A stretch of 64,000 bases of DNA from positions 78,633 through 142,632 of IMG/VR virus record IMGVR_UViG_3300032893_000003, one strand, 5' to 3'. The stretch's first letter is position 1; each line of letters opens with the position of its first letter. The DNA is from a virus (Duplodnaviria; Heunggongvirae; Uroviricota; Caudoviricetes). The notes under the pieces are model-generated. The model was not told where the DNA came from, ran no database searches, and saw only the letters and a list, made by a program, of their open reading frames with translations. The translations under genes and the position numbers were made by a program. Positions 8,045-16,960 of the stretch are shown here, piece after piece.

Positions 8045-8976
8045 AAATCTCCTTTATTTAAAATACCGTTAATGATGCCGCAAATAGCCTCGGGTGGCAA
8101 TGTACTTCCCGTTTCCCGCGGAGAGCCTCCGATAGTGTTGGATCCGCCCCAGCGATTTGCTTCCGTGATATTTTCATCTCGGTTGTTTAGTGCCTCATAG
8201 ATCTTATCAAGCGGAAAATTAATCCACGTTGATTTCCGACCTAGTACATAGATCCCGTGTCCACGATCAGATAGAAAAGCGTTGACCCCGCTTGCGAACA
8301 TGAACATTCGAGATGATGTGCTAGTTTCTTTTACAAAAGACCAGCCGTTAAAAGAATTTAGAACCTCGAAGTGTTTATTAATCGAGCATTGTCCAGCCTT
8401 TCCCATGCAATAATCGCAAATTCTACTACCAACAGAGGCTAGTATTGCCTCCATGAGGGATTGGTCGAATTGCCCGTAAGCAGCATTTTGACGAACAGAT
8501 CTATAGGGCTCAAAGATCCAGGCCATCGTTCGTAGAAACTCCGTATCTCCGAACGGATAAGTGCCGCCCGTGCAATCAAGCCTGTCGTTGCAATAAACAA
8601 GGCGGTTGATATTTGGATATGCGTGATGACCAATCTGCTCGTGATTCACAAGAAGCCAATAGGCAAGGCACGTATCTTCGTCAACGTCATTGACATAGAC
8701 ATTCGCCGTCGGAATTCCATCTTTTCTGAAAGTCTCAAAGAGTCCTAAGTTAATCTCCATATGGACCTGATCGGCTGTTGAACGTGTCGATATGCGATCG
8801 ACAAGAGAATGATGGTCGAAGTTTGCGTAAGGACCTTTAGAATCCCTGCGTGTGGGCCCATCAACAAAGCCATCAAGTGCTATCGAATAGGGCGGATAAT
8901 CTTTAGTGAATGTTTCCCAAGAAATAGTTTTCCGTGGTTCTATGTGTAAATTAATCATGTTAAATCTCCTCACCAA
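8041..8976 (-). CDS. hypothetical protein (311 aa)
   Basis: Long intact ORF with an ATG start and RBS. No confident domain assignment. Confidence 0.55.
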   Translation of the reverse strand: MVRRFNMINLHIEPRKTISWETFTKDYPPYSIALDGFVDGPTRRDSKGPYANFDHHSLVDRISTRSTADQVHMEINLGLFETFRKDGIPTANVYVNDVDEDTCLAYWLLVNHEQIGHHAYPNINRLVYCNDRLDCTGGTYPFGDTEFLRTMAWIFEPYRSVRQNAAYGQFDQSLMEAILASVGSRICDYCMGKAGQCSINKHFEVLNSFNGWSFVKETSTSSRMFMFASGVNAFLSDRGHGIYVLGRKSTWINFPLDKIYEALNNRDENITEANRWGGSNTIGGSPRETGSTLPPEAICGIINGILNKGDL

Positions 8977-9015
8977 ACTTATAACTTTTAAACGACGGTT
9001 TTGGTAAGAATAAAA

Positions 9016-9104
9016 TGGCGGAGGAGCCAGGATTCGAACCTGGACGGCTGTTACGCCTTGCTAGCTTAGCACGCTAGTGGTTTAACCAATTCACCCACTC
9101 TTCC
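9016..9104 (-). tRNA. tRNA-Ser (anticodon GCU), type II
   Basis: The reverse complement GGAAGAGTGGGTGAATTGGT...GGTTCGAATCCTGGCTCCTCCGCCA has anticodon stem CTAGC/GCTAG with loop GUGCUAA and a long variable arm. There is one A-C mismatch in the acceptor stem. Confidence 0.65.
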
Positions 9105-9114
9105 ATAATAAAGT

Positions 9115-9206
9115 TGGCGGAGGACCCGAGATTCGAACTCGGACGGCCTTTTCGAGCCTCGCCGGTTTTCAAGACCGGTGGTTTCGTCCATTTCACCCAA
9201 TCCTCC
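9115..9206 (-). tRNA. tRNA-Ser (anticodon UGA), type II
   Basis: The reverse complement GGAGGATTGGGTGAAATGG...CCGGTCTTGAAAACCGG...GAGTTCGAATCTCGGGTCCTCCGCCA has loop CUUGAAA and a long variable arm. Confidence 0.75.
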
Positions 9207-9212
9207 AACAAC

Positions 9213-9300
9213 TGGTGGAGAGAGGTAGATTTGAACTACCGCGGCCCCGAAGGACACCGGTTTTACAGACCGGCCGTTTCAGCCTCTCACGCATCTCTCC
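9213..9300 (-). tRNA. tRNA-Tyr (anticodon GUA), bacterial type with long variable arm
   Basis: The reverse complement GGAGAGATGCGTG...CCGGTCTGTAAAACCGG...GGTAGTTCAAATCTACCTCTCTCCACCA has loop CUGUAAA. Confidence 0.75.
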
Positions 9301-9307
9301 ACAAAAA

Positions 9308-9384
9308 TGGTCTGGGTGGCAGGATTTGAACCTGCGACTTCCTGGTTCCAGGCCAGGATCTCTACCGGACTGAGTTACACCCAG
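9308..9384 (-). tRNA. tRNA-Pro (anticodon UGG) candidate
   Basis: The reverse complement CTGGGTGTAACTCAGTCCGGTAGAGATCCTGGCCTGGAACCAGGAAGTCGCAGGTTCAAATCCTGCCACCCAGACCA has a perfect acceptor stem CTGGGTG/CACCCAG and anticodon stem CCTGG/CCAGG with loop CCUGGAA. Position 33 is an unusual C, which lowers confidence. Confidence 0.55.
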
Positions 9385-9406
9385 ATATCTAAAACAAAAC
9401 CTCCTT

Positions 9407-9484
9407 TGGTGTCGGGGGTGGGATTTGAACCCACAGCTTTACGGCTCTTAAGGCCGTTGCGTATGCCAATTCCGCCACCCCGAC
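9407..9484 (-). tRNA. tRNA-Leu-like (anticodon UAA) with an atypically short variable arm
   Basis: The reverse complement GTCGGGGTGGCGGAATTGGCATACGCAACGGCCTTAAGAGCCGTAAAGCTGTGGGTTCAAATCCCACCCCCGACACCA has a Leu-type D-arm (TGGCGGAATTGG) and an A73 discriminator. The loop is CUUAAGA. The variable region is only about 5 nt, so it is not the type II arm expected for Leu. Confidence 0.5.
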
Positions 9485-9485
9485 A

Positions 9486-9568
9486 TGGTGCCCTCAGGGA
9501 GAGTCGAACTCCCACGCTTGCGCGATCGCTTCTAAGGCGATTGTGTCTGCCAGTTCCACCACAAGGGC
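9486..9568 (-). tRNA. tRNA-Leu (anticodon UAG), type II
   Basis: The reverse complement GCCCTTGTGGTGGAACTGGCAGACACAATCGCCTTAGAAGCGATCGCGCAAGCGTGGGAGTTCGACTCTCCCTGAGGGCACCA has loop CUUAGAA and a 12-nt variable arm. Confidence 0.75.
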
Positions 9569-9573
9569 ACAAT

Positions 9574-9609
9574 AAATAAAAAAACCCTGAGGTATTAGCC
9601 CAGGGTTTT
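9574..9609 (-). terminator. rho-independent terminator-like hairpin followed by a T-run on the minus strand, directly 5' of the tRNA cluster
   Basis: The 8-bp stem AAACCCTG/CAGGGTTT with its loop is followed on the minus strand by TTTTTTTTATTTATT. Confidence 0.5.
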
Positions 9610-9851
9610 AAGTATCTAACTCTAAATTTTAACTGAAGTTAGACGATATCCCCCCTGAGCTCAGTGCTCAAATATGACGGTAGACTTGGGGAGAGTCGTA
9701 AAAACTTCATGAAAAGAGTTTAGATGAAAAAATGGAGCCCGTCCACCACTAAAGGTGAAGATAAATATCCTCTCTGGAGGCGTAAGCGGCCATGTCACGC
9801 TTCTTTGGACTCGCTGGTCCAGGATTGATATCTATCAACGGGCATAAGGTT

Positions 9852-10418
9852 TCACAGATATTCTTTCCTACCACCTGATTTTATTAAATAAAACTGTTTG
9901 TTATCTTTTTCAAAATATTTATCTGGATTCTGGTAACAGGGATTAAACTCCCCAAAATTTTGTTTAATCTGCGCCGCGTACTTCTTACCCCAACTGCGCC
10001 TAACCGACCATTTCCACGACGGATCCCTGAGCTTTAAATCATATCCATCATTATTTAGTTTGGTGAAGAGTCGGTAAAAGTAGTAAGGATCATTTTCCAA
10101 AATGCCAATGCGAAATAATTTTACAGATCTTTTTTCACAGAGATACTTTTTGATATCGTCGCGATCTATTTGATTTTTATCGGTTATGTGATGCGGCCCT
10201 TGCACTTCAAATGCGATTTTATTGTTAGGTAAATAAAGATCGAGCTCTAACCTGCATCCTGTCTTGGGATTCACTAACCATTTTGGCCAGGCCCCTATAA
10301 CTATATTTTCCTCCGCTAAAAGTACGGCGGTAAGGGTGCGAAAAACTTGAACTTCGGCCTGAGATCTGCCCATAAATAGATTCTTAAAAATTGTAGCGCG
10401 GATGTCAATGCCCGGCAT
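9852..10418 (-). CDS. DUF559/Vsr-like (PD-(D/E)xK) endonuclease-domain protein, possible homing endonuclease
   Basis: The motif ELDLYLPNNKIAFEVQGPHH matches the E-D...EvDG..H pattern of DUF559/Vsr-like nucleases. The tool start at 10472 is TTG and overlaps the tmRNA, so I used the in-frame ATG at 10418. Confidence 0.55.
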   Translation of the reverse strand: MPGIDIRATIFKNLFMGRSQAEVQVFRTLTAVLLAEENIVIGAWPKWLVNPKTGCRLELDLYLPNNKIAFEVQGPHHITDKNQIDRDDIKKYLCEKRSVKLFRIGILENDPYYFYRLFTKLNNDGYDLKLRDPSWKWSVRRSWGKKYAAQIKQNFGEFNPCYQNPDKYFEKDNKQFYLIKSGGRKEYL

Positions 10419-10436
10419 CCGCGCTACAAACAAAAA

Positions 10437-10861
10437 TGGTGTAGGTAGCGGGAATCGAACCCGCGTCCACAAAAACTTTCAAACGCTCTCTACATACTTA
10501 GCCGTCTTCTGGTCAGGCTGACCCGCTTGCAGTTAAACTCGGCAAGCTCACGATTGGGGGCGGACTACACCGCCAGATCCACCAGCCCGTATTTTGCGCT
10601 ACGACGGGACCGCGCAGGATTTGCCGCGTGTTTTTATCCAGGTCACTTCAGCCAGCTCCTGGTTTTGGTGGTCTTTAGTTTCAAGGCTTCCACCGGCCCC
10701 GCGCGCTACGGATTAGGCAGCGCGAGCGACTGCAGCCTTGCGGCCGAAGTCAACGTGTACGACATTGTCGCCACTTAATAAGTTGCATCATTGATGATCC
10801 GTTCATGCTCCGGGGTATGCAAACGCTTGTCTGTATTCCGTGTCGAAACCATGTTACCCAC
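10437..10861 (-). ncRNA. ssrA: tmRNA (transfer-messenger RNA, SsrA)
   Basis: The reverse complement begins GTGGGTAACATGGTTTCGACACGG (compare the E. coli 5' end GGGGCUGAUUCUGGAUUCGACGGG). It ends ...CTAAGTATGTAGAGAGCGTTTGAAAGTTTTTGTGGACGCGGGTTCGATTCCCGCTACCTACACCA, with a tRNA-like T-arm, acceptor pairing GTGGGTA/TACCTAC and CCA. An internal ORF ends ...GCT GCA GTC GCT CGC GCT GCC TAA (AAVARAA*), consistent with a tag reading frame. Confidence 0.85.
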
Positions 10862-10869
10862 ATTAAATT

Positions 10870-11181
10870 TCAATAACTTTGAAGACGCATTTTACGCTTT
10901 TCTCTAGCCTTCTGGCAACGGCTAGGAGCCGTATGATGCTGCTGATAACGCCGAACTTTAGTCTTAAGCCGCGGCTCAAAGTACGTTTTTCGTACCCAAA
11001 GCTCGCGCTCATGCTCGATGTTCTTAAGCCTCGCTAATGCCTTCTCGTCGATCGTTGGCTTTGGGGGCTCATAGCTCCTGGCAGGCTCCCAGACATCGTT
11101 CCAGTTCACAGCCGTACCGTCGTAGACCAGGTTGTAGCTTGCAGTCGTCTGGTGGGGCCAGTTGTAGGTTACAGTCACCAT
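10870..11181 (-). CDS. hypothetical protein
   Basis: 103-aa ORF co-directional with its neighbours and starting with ATG. Confidence 0.45.
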   Translation of the reverse strand: MVTVTYNWPHQTTASYNLVYDGTAVNWNDVWEPARSYEPPKPTIDEKALARLKNIEHERELWVRKTYFEPRLKTKVRRYQQHHTAPSRCQKAREKRKMRLQSY

Positions 11182-11318
11182 GTTCAGCCTCGCTTAAATG
11201 TTCAATGAACGTGAACTTTTAGGAAAGTTTCATGTAATAGTTTTATAAGATAACGTAAACACTAGCATTTTAAAGCTATATCGGAATTCCGATAAATGGT
11301 ACGCCGCAGCTTTCCTAT

Positions 11319-11660
11319 TTAGAAAAACTCTTCATGATGGCTGATGCAGTATCCTTTGGGATCCATAAATTCGGATTGAGGATTTCCAAGTACCCTTCCG
11401 TCCTGGCCTTTTTCGACCACCTCGCAGAACTCATCAAACGGAATGTTCCTTTCGTACTCGTCAAAGATCCTAAGATTCCATGTCCAGATGAACTTCTTCC
11501 ACTCGTCCCATGATTTAAAGCGCGGGTTAAAGATAAACTTCCAGCCCCCGCTTTTTTTACCGATGTGAATCTCTTCTTCGGGAGTTATGTCAGCGCGGCC
11601 GCAGTGTTCGCACTTGTTCTTCTCTTCACGGAACGTTTTTATATAGTAATTTGTGCCCAT
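11319..11660 (-). CDS. hypothetical protein with a CxxC zinc-ribbon-like N-terminus
   Basis: 113 aa containing CEHCGR. Confidence 0.5.
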   Translation of the reverse strand: MGTNYYIKTFREEKNKCEHCGRADITPEEEIHIGKKSGGWKFIFNPRFKSWDEWKKFIWTWNLRIFDEYERNIPFDEFCEVVEKGQDGRVLGNPQSEFMDPKGYCISHHEEFF

Positions 11661-11929
11661 TAGCTTTTCTCCAAGAATTTCATCATATCGAGTTGTACAC
11701 CGATCGCCTCAACATTTTGATGCTCATATACTGGCTTTCCGTCTTGTACAATGAGGCGCGTTTTATTGCCGCTAGGTTCAGCCACAAAGAAAACCTGAAC
11801 GGTTTTCGGAAGTCCTTTGGCTAATGCATATCGCGTGGTGCTTCGATCAAGCCACATCTTAATCCCCGAGTCTGTTATATGATCTGGCTTTCGATCTGTG
11901 TCCCATGGTAGTTTCATCTCTTCCATCAA
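11660..11929 (-). CDS. hypothetical protein
   Basis: 89-aa ORF with start/stop coupling to its neighbours. Confidence 0.45.
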   Translation of the reverse strand: MMEEMKLPWDTDRKPDHITDSGIKMWLDRSTTRYALAKGLPKTVQVFFVAEPSGNKTRLIVQDGKPVYEHQNVEAIGVQLDMMKFLEKS

Positions 11930-12276
11930 TCCATCCTCCCATACTCAAACCAGCAATGAATCCCCTGATCACGCAAAAGCTTTACCATATTCTGAGCACT
12001 GTGTTCCCAGACAAAGCAGCCTTGCGCAGGGGTCACGTCGAAAGCGCTAATCAATCTGTGTTTAACAGGTTTTCTTTTCTTTTTAGGTAAGTAGTGTATA
12101 TAGATTCCCGCACCTAAAACGCAAGGACCGCGGTCGCCGTTATTTTTGTAATAATCATCACAGCAGCGTCTCCAGACGCGTTTAGCGTCATCAACAATCT
12201 GCTTAAAGCCAATGTCTTCGATATCTTGTGGTTGATAAATTTGAATGGTCTCATCGCCATAGGTCATTAATTTCAT
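11926..12276 (-). CDS. hypothetical protein
   Basis: 116-aa ORF whose stop overlaps the downstream start. Confidence 0.45.
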   Translation of the reverse strand: MKLMTYGDETIQIYQPQDIEDIGFKQIVDDAKRVWRRCCDDYYKNNGDRGPCVLGAGIYIHYLPKKKRKPVKHRLISAFDVTPAQGCFVWEHSAQNMVKLLRDQGIHCWFEYGRMD

Positions 12277-12286
12277 TTAAATCTCC

Positions 12287-13423
12287 TTACTTAATTTTAA
12301 TTCCAACACCGCCTTTACCCACACGATACTTATTCCCGCGCCATTCGATTTTTTGACCCACAAGCGTATGCGCCCACAGGGGCAAACTTAAGAGCTCACG
12401 AAGAAGCCACGCACCGATATCCTTGAAATTAAAGAATCTATCTTGCGTGGCGGATAGTGAAACCATGTCGGCCATGAACCAAAGGGTGAAATGATACGCA
12501 AGCACCTGCAGCGTATGAGCCGGATCAATGTGCTGCATAGCCACATAGGCTATAGCGCCTGAGCTAAAAAGCCCGTAAAAGGGCTCAAACAGGAAAACAA
12601 AAACATTGTGTCCTTTACGCATCCGGCCCCAGCGCACATGGCGCGTCCAGAACTTTTTAAAGCTGTAGTTTTCAAGCGTTTGTTTAATCGGGGCTGACAT
12701 TACATGCGTCTTATGACCAAGCGCCTTCATCTTCTGACCAATCATATAATCTTCAGCAAGATAGTTTCCAATCGAGTTAAGTCCACGGAATTTGCGAGCC
12801 GTAGACTTTCTAAACAGCATCGATGCCCCTATGATGATGGGGAAACCTAAAAGGTTCGCTAGGAAAATAAACCGCACATAGAACGTGCTTAAGTAAGCCA
12901 TTTCTAAATATTGACCTAGCCCTGAAGGATTTACGACCGTAGACGCAGCTGTAAGAATGCCCATTGTTTTTGTGAACCCATTACGGAGTGACCACAAGTA
13001 CTCCTTATGAGCAATTGAGTTGCTGTCGCTGATAAGAACAAGATCGTTTTTCGCTGCTTCGTAAGCCCAATAAATATTTTGAATCTTCGGATTTGTAAAA
13101 AAGCGACACGGTTTAACGATAAGCTTAGCTGGCACTCTGTAGTAATGGGCTATGAGTTTTCGAATCACATCACAAGCGGTATCTCCATAGCTTTCAACAC
13201 AGAACAGAAGCTCATCGCCTACAATGAACTCCTGTTTAAAAAACGTCTCAAGCTTTTTTTCTAAGCCTTCGCTAAAGCCCTTAACCGGTTTTAAGATGGT
13301 AATTGGTTCCATTCGGGTGAGCGATTTTGGCGGTTTAAAGTAATAATTATAAAGCACAAGCCACGCTCCGAAGACCGTGAAAAAGAGAGCTATCATCCAT
13401 GACAGCAATAGCAGCTCGTACAC
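12287..13423 (-). CDS. membrane glycosyltransferase, family 2 (GT21/ceramide-glucosyltransferase/HpnI-like)
   Basis: 378 aa with an N-terminal TM helix, ILKPVKG, the AEDYMIG (D/ED) motif and the WTRHVRWGRMRK (QxxRW-like) motif. The start is GTG with a GAGG RBS. Confidence 0.7.
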   Translation of the reverse strand: MYELLLLSWMIALFFTVFGAWLVLYNYYFKPPKSLTRMEPITILKPVKGFSEGLEKKLETFFKQEFIVGDELLFCVESYGDTACDVIRKLIAHYYRVPAKLIVKPCRFFTNPKIQNIYWAYEAAKNDLVLISDSNSIAHKEYLWSLRNGFTKTMGILTAASTVVNPSGLGQYLEMAYLSTFYVRFIFLANLLGFPIIIGASMLFRKSTARKFRGLNSIGNYLAEDYMIGQKMKALGHKTHVMSAPIKQTLENYSFKKFWTRHVRWGRMRKGHNVFVFLFEPFYGLFSSGAIAYVAMQHIDPAHTLQVLAYHFTLWFMADMVSLSATQDRFFNFKDIGAWLLRELLSLPLWAHTLVGQKIEWRGNKYRVGKGGVGIKIK

Positions 13424-13434
13424 GCTTTAAACCT

Positions 13435-13731
13435 CTACATTAGATTTAAAAGAACCCTCCGCGCCCCTAGTAAGTATACCATATCCGCTGAGCCTGCTGT
13501 TATCTGCCTGCCATCTGCTAGATGAACGTAAGGCACACCTGCTTTATCAAAACCAAACTCCTCGACTTCCCAAACACTGAAATCCCATCTCTTCTCGATA
13601 TGATCGGCAAAGAACTCGACAAGCGCGCTAACGGGAACTTCGATACTTACAGTGAGTGGCTTTCCCTCACTCATAATTTCTCCCACAGCTCCAAAGCTTT
13701 TGCTTGTTGTTTTTGTGTTAGACTGTCCCAT
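13435..13731 (-). CDS. hypothetical protein
   Basis: 98-aa ORF. Confidence 0.45.
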   Translation of the reverse strand: MGQSNTKTTSKSFGAVGEIMSEGKPLTVSIEVPVSALVEFFADHIEKRWDFSVWEVEEFGFDKAGVPYVHLADGRQITAGSADMVYLLGARRVLLNLM

Positions 13732-13822
13732 TCAGCATCCCTGTCCTGAAGGGACTCGATAAATTCAAGCTCCCAGGAATTCCAGGGTGAGTTGCTAATG
13801 CTTAGGCTTTCGATGAGGTCTT

Positions 13823-14419
13823 TTATGACACTGCTTCGTTCGTCTGACATGGCGGCACCCTCACTTTCCTTTTACAATCTGGAAACCAACTAACAAGCGT
13901 TTGTTTAGCAGCCCAAGCTCTGCAAAACTCATCAAGTTCTTGTAAACCTATTAGATGGTCAGACGCATCTTCGTGGTAGTTATCGTCTACATGATCGACA
14001 ATCCAGTCGCTCATCTTAAAACGAAGATCATCTTTTGCGATTCTCTCATCACAACAAAAGACAAATTCAGGACGCTCTTCAGTCTCGTCCTGATCGTCGT
14101 ACCACTCAGTAGCCTCATCCATATCACCGAAATATCTATCACGAAACGGATCATAAACGGGGCCATCGTACTCCGTAAGGAGCTCTGCATTTGCGAGTCT
14201 GAACTTGTCACTACAGGGGGAGCACCTTGTCCAGTGCTGATGTGTTTCTTTACCGCAGTCCTGGCAAAACCACTTCTTGCAGCAATTTTTAGCGATGTCT
14301 TTAGCGTTCTCGCTATAGACAATGCCACAGTGAGCGCAAGCCCAGCATCTAATGGTCGCTGGGTCCTCGGTGAAAATTAAAGCCTTGGGCTCAAGAGTCT
14401 CTTTAAATGTCTCTTTCAT
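13823..14419 (-). CDS. Cys-rich (multi CxxC) acidic protein
   Basis: 198 aa with CWACAHCG, CCKKWFCQDCG, CSPCS and FVFCCDE. Confidence 0.5.
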   Translation of the reverse strand: MKETFKETLEPKALIFTEDPATIRCWACAHCGIVYSENAKDIAKNCCKKWFCQDCGKETHQHWTRCSPCSDKFRLANAELLTEYDGPVYDPFRDRYFGDMDEATEWYDDQDETEERPEFVFCCDERIAKDDLRFKMSDWIVDHVDDNYHEDASDHLIGLQELDEFCRAWAAKQTLVSWFPDCKRKVRVPPCQTNEAVS

Positions 14420-14769
14420 AACATCGACCTCTTCATTCGTTCCTTTTGTTTAGCTTCAGCCTCTTTGGGGTATAAGTACTGGCACGGCAGGTCTGGCACA
14501 ACCCCGTAATCCTTACACACCTTGGGCCTCATTGAATAGATCGAGCACTTGCCCTCTTTTAAGTACGGACACGTGCCATCTGCGAGCGCAATCATATATC
14601 CGCTCGCACCGCGGTCCACGTTTTTATCGTAATTCTCGACGTGCTGAAACGGTGTCACAGTCGCGTTAAACGGAATGCCCACGGCAAGCCTTACCACTAA
14701 AAATTCTTGCGGGGTAAATGTTGGGTAAGTACAACATTTGCCTTTGCATTCAGCGCACGGTAATAACAT
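14416..14769 (-). CDS. YkgJ-family-like putative Zn/Fe-chelating protein (CxxCxxxCC)
   Basis: 117 aa with the N-terminal CAECKGKCC plus downstream Cys residues. Confidence 0.45.
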   Translation of the reverse strand: MLLPCAECKGKCCTYPTFTPQEFLVVRLAVGIPFNATVTPFQHVENYDKNVDRGASGYMIALADGTCPYLKEGKCSIYSMRPKVCKDYGVVPDLPCQYLYPKEAEAKQKERMKRSML

Positions 14770-14777
14770 AAAACCTC

Positions 14778-14969
14778 CTAATCTTTTTCATAGCCCCACT
14801 CAAGGTCTGGTGGCGGCCCCATTGCTTTTAACTCTTTCCTTTTTCGCTCAATCCACTCTTTCGCTTCATCTGGTATCACAAATCCACCGACAAGATCAGC
14901 GTGACCTTCACCGTTCCACTCGGGATTTGATTCGCTTTTGACCCACCATGTTCCTGGTTTTAAAGCCAT
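14778..14969 (-). CDS. hypothetical protein
   Basis: 63-aa Trp-rich ORF. Confidence 0.4.
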   Translation of the reverse strand: MALKPGTWWVKSESNPEWNGEGHADLVGGFVIPDEAKEWIERKRKELKAMGPPPDLEWGYEKD

Positions 14970-14998
14970 AGAATTCTCCTTTATGTAAAAAAGAGCGC

Positions 14999-16048
14999 TT
15001 ATGGAGAAGCGCTCGTAGATATATCTGGTGTCACGTTTTTAAAGTGACGCTCGTGCTCTTGAATCATAATAAGCTTTGTCTGCCCTCTTCCAGGACCGCA
15101 GGGTTGCCATCTGAAGTGTGTTCTGACCATCGTACTATCCTTGGAGTAAACAACTCCTTTGCCGTAATTCCAGCTGACATAAACCAAAGGATAGATAGAG
15201 TTGTTAAGTTCTAGTCCATTTTTAACGGTCTCCTTACGCTCTCTAGATGTTTGTTGACTGACCGGCTTCAAGTGAGTCACATCTGGATTTAGAGAGTGGA
15301 GGTACATCACAGCATTGATAAGAGTTCTAAAAACTTTTTCGTCAAGCAGACCATTATTCCTAGGAAGCTGTTTTTCAAAATCGGATAATCCAGACGTGTC
15401 GACAGGTACTTTAAAATAGGAATCTGAAAACGTGGCCCCCAGATGTATTCCTGCGATTAGAGTTGTGGGATTTCCAAAAGTCAAAATATGCAACCCAGAA
15501 GACGGTCCGTGAGGAAACACTGAGGCGGAAAACACAAAATCAGCCCCCTCAGTCATCTTGTCATATCCCTCGACGGGTTTTCGTAAAAAAACATAAGCCC
15601 CGATCAATCTTTCTCCGTCCGCATCTGCCAAGACATCGTCTTCAAAAGAAAAGTAAGCGCTAAATTCGCTTTGCGGTAAAAGTTCCGACCGCAACTCTAC
15701 ATCCATACGACTTAGTGCCATTAGAAACTTAGAATTAAAGCGGTATATCTTTTTTTCTGAAAGCTGTTTAAATTTCTCCGCAAACATGGCTGATCGCATA
15801 AGGTTGACATCGTATGTAAGCGCATTAAAAGCCCTCCTAAAAACATCAGTTCTAAAACTTTCAGCAGCCTTTTTTAAAAGTTCAGCACCAAGTTTTAAAG
15901 ATTCGGGGTCCGATCCTCCGTTTCTCACAAACATATCCACTTCGTAACTGCACCTTCCGGCAGCTGCGAAAACCTCCATAACCCCTTTCTCTCCTTCGTT
16001 GTTTGATCTTAATCCGGAATAGTATTCCGGGTGTAATGGAATTTTCAT
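14999..16048 (-). CDS. hypothetical protein (349 aa)
   Basis: Long intact ORF with an ATG start. No confident domain. Confidence 0.55.
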   Translation of the reverse strand: MKIPLHPEYYSGLRSNNEGEKGVMEVFAAAGRCSYEVDMFVRNGGSDPESLKLGAELLKKAAESFRTDVFRRAFNALTYDVNLMRSAMFAEKFKQLSEKKIYRFNSKFLMALSRMDVELRSELLPQSEFSAYFSFEDDVLADADGERLIGAYVFLRKPVEGYDKMTEGADFVFSASVFPHGPSSGLHILTFGNPTTLIAGIHLGATFSDSYFKVPVDTSGLSDFEKQLPRNNGLLDEKVFRTLINAVMYLHSLNPDVTHLKPVSQQTSRERKETVKNGLELNNSIYPLVYVSWNYGKGVVYSKDSTMVRTHFRWQPCGPGRGQTKLIMIQEHERHFKNVTPDISTSASP

Positions 16049-16140
16049 AACTCTCCCTGTAGCTGATTTTACGTCTGAGGGCGAAATTGCCCTTTAAGAA
16101 CTTATACCAGGATATAAACTTTACTTGTTTATATTCAGAG

Positions 16141-16169
16141 ATAAAAAGCGCCTTGTAAGGCGCTTTTTT
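16141..16169. terminator. bidirectional intrinsic terminator-like hairpin
   Basis: A-run, then stem AGCGCC/GGCGCT, then TTTTTT. It lies 3 nt downstream of the stop of the 16172-16945 gene. Confidence 0.6.
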
Positions 16170-16171
16170 CC

Positions 16172-16945
16172 TTATGGTGTAGGTTGGGGATTTTCGTCGC
16201 TTTTGTGCCGGTTAATCTGAGACAAATCATCTGAGGTTACTGGGGCCATGTTGTCCACGAAGTCGTCGTAAGTTTCGACTACAACGTCTATATCACCTTT
16301 AGAAATGAGCTCATCAGACAGGTTAGTCACAAAGTTTCTAAAAGTCTGCACGTATTTAGGGACTGTCGCCTGACCTTTTAGAAATTTTAACCCTTTAGTT
16401 GTAGGTCCCCACGTCCCCTTTTCCTCGCCGTGCTGTAGCAGTTTGAAGTACCTAAGCTTTTGAAAATTGCGGTCCTCGGAATAACCAAGAGCTTTGTGAA
16501 TAGTCTGGACGTGTTCGACATTCGTTGTCCATCCAACTAGATCGGTAATTTTGTGCAAAGCGCTTGCGAGGACCAAACTCATATGATGCTTATGCTTCAT
16601 AAGCCGGGCGTGGCAGTATTTGCAGTATGGAACTGATCCGTGATAGTAAACGTCATGATATTCATCTATATCGAAAAAGTTTAGATAAGAGGGTTTAGCA
16701 TCTCCGACCCAGCTACCAACGACCAAGTCCTCTTCCGTCAAATCGGCTGGCAATACCAACTCCTCCTTGAGTTTTACTCTAGATTCCGCACTGTCTATTT
16801 TCTGCGACACATATTCGAAAAATTTTAAAAGCGCTTCTTTCGATCCTGCGTTCTCATCCCCTTTTAAAAATTCTTGCCCAAGATAGACCAGATCATCCAC
16901 TCTCAGCGCTGTTCGATTTGTATCGATATTTAATTCTAGATCCAT
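16172..16945 (-). CDS. hypothetical protein (257 aa) with a His/Cys cluster
   Basis: Intact ORF containing CKYCHARLMKHKHH. Confidence 0.5.
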   Translation of the reverse strand: MDLELNIDTNRTALRVDDLVYLGQEFLKGDENAGSKEALLKFFEYVSQKIDSAESRVKLKEELVLPADLTEEDLVVGSWVGDAKPSYLNFFDIDEYHDVYYHGSVPYCKYCHARLMKHKHHMSLVLASALHKITDLVGWTTNVEHVQTIHKALGYSEDRNFQKLRYFKLLQHGEEKGTWGPTTKGLKFLKGQATVPKYVQTFRNFVTNLSDELISKGDIDVVVETYDDFVDNMAPVTSDDLSQINRHKSDENPQPTP

Positions 16946-16960
16946 TTGTTGTCTCCTTTG

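Noticed and set aside
9610-9850. Possible small ORF or ncRNA between the DUF559 endonuclease and the tRNA cluster
   Set aside because: Only a 34-codon ATG ORF with no RBS is present. I saw no conserved structure apart from the terminator hairpin at 9574-9609.
9852-10861. Prophage or genomic island integrated at the 3' end of a host ssrA gene
   Set aside because: Sequence on both sides of the tmRNA is equally phage-like, co-directional and tightly packed. No integrase sits next to the tmRNA 3' end (the only recombinase is 8 kb away and lacks a DNA-binding domain), and I saw no direct repeat of the tmRNA 3' end. The tmRNA is more likely element-encoded.
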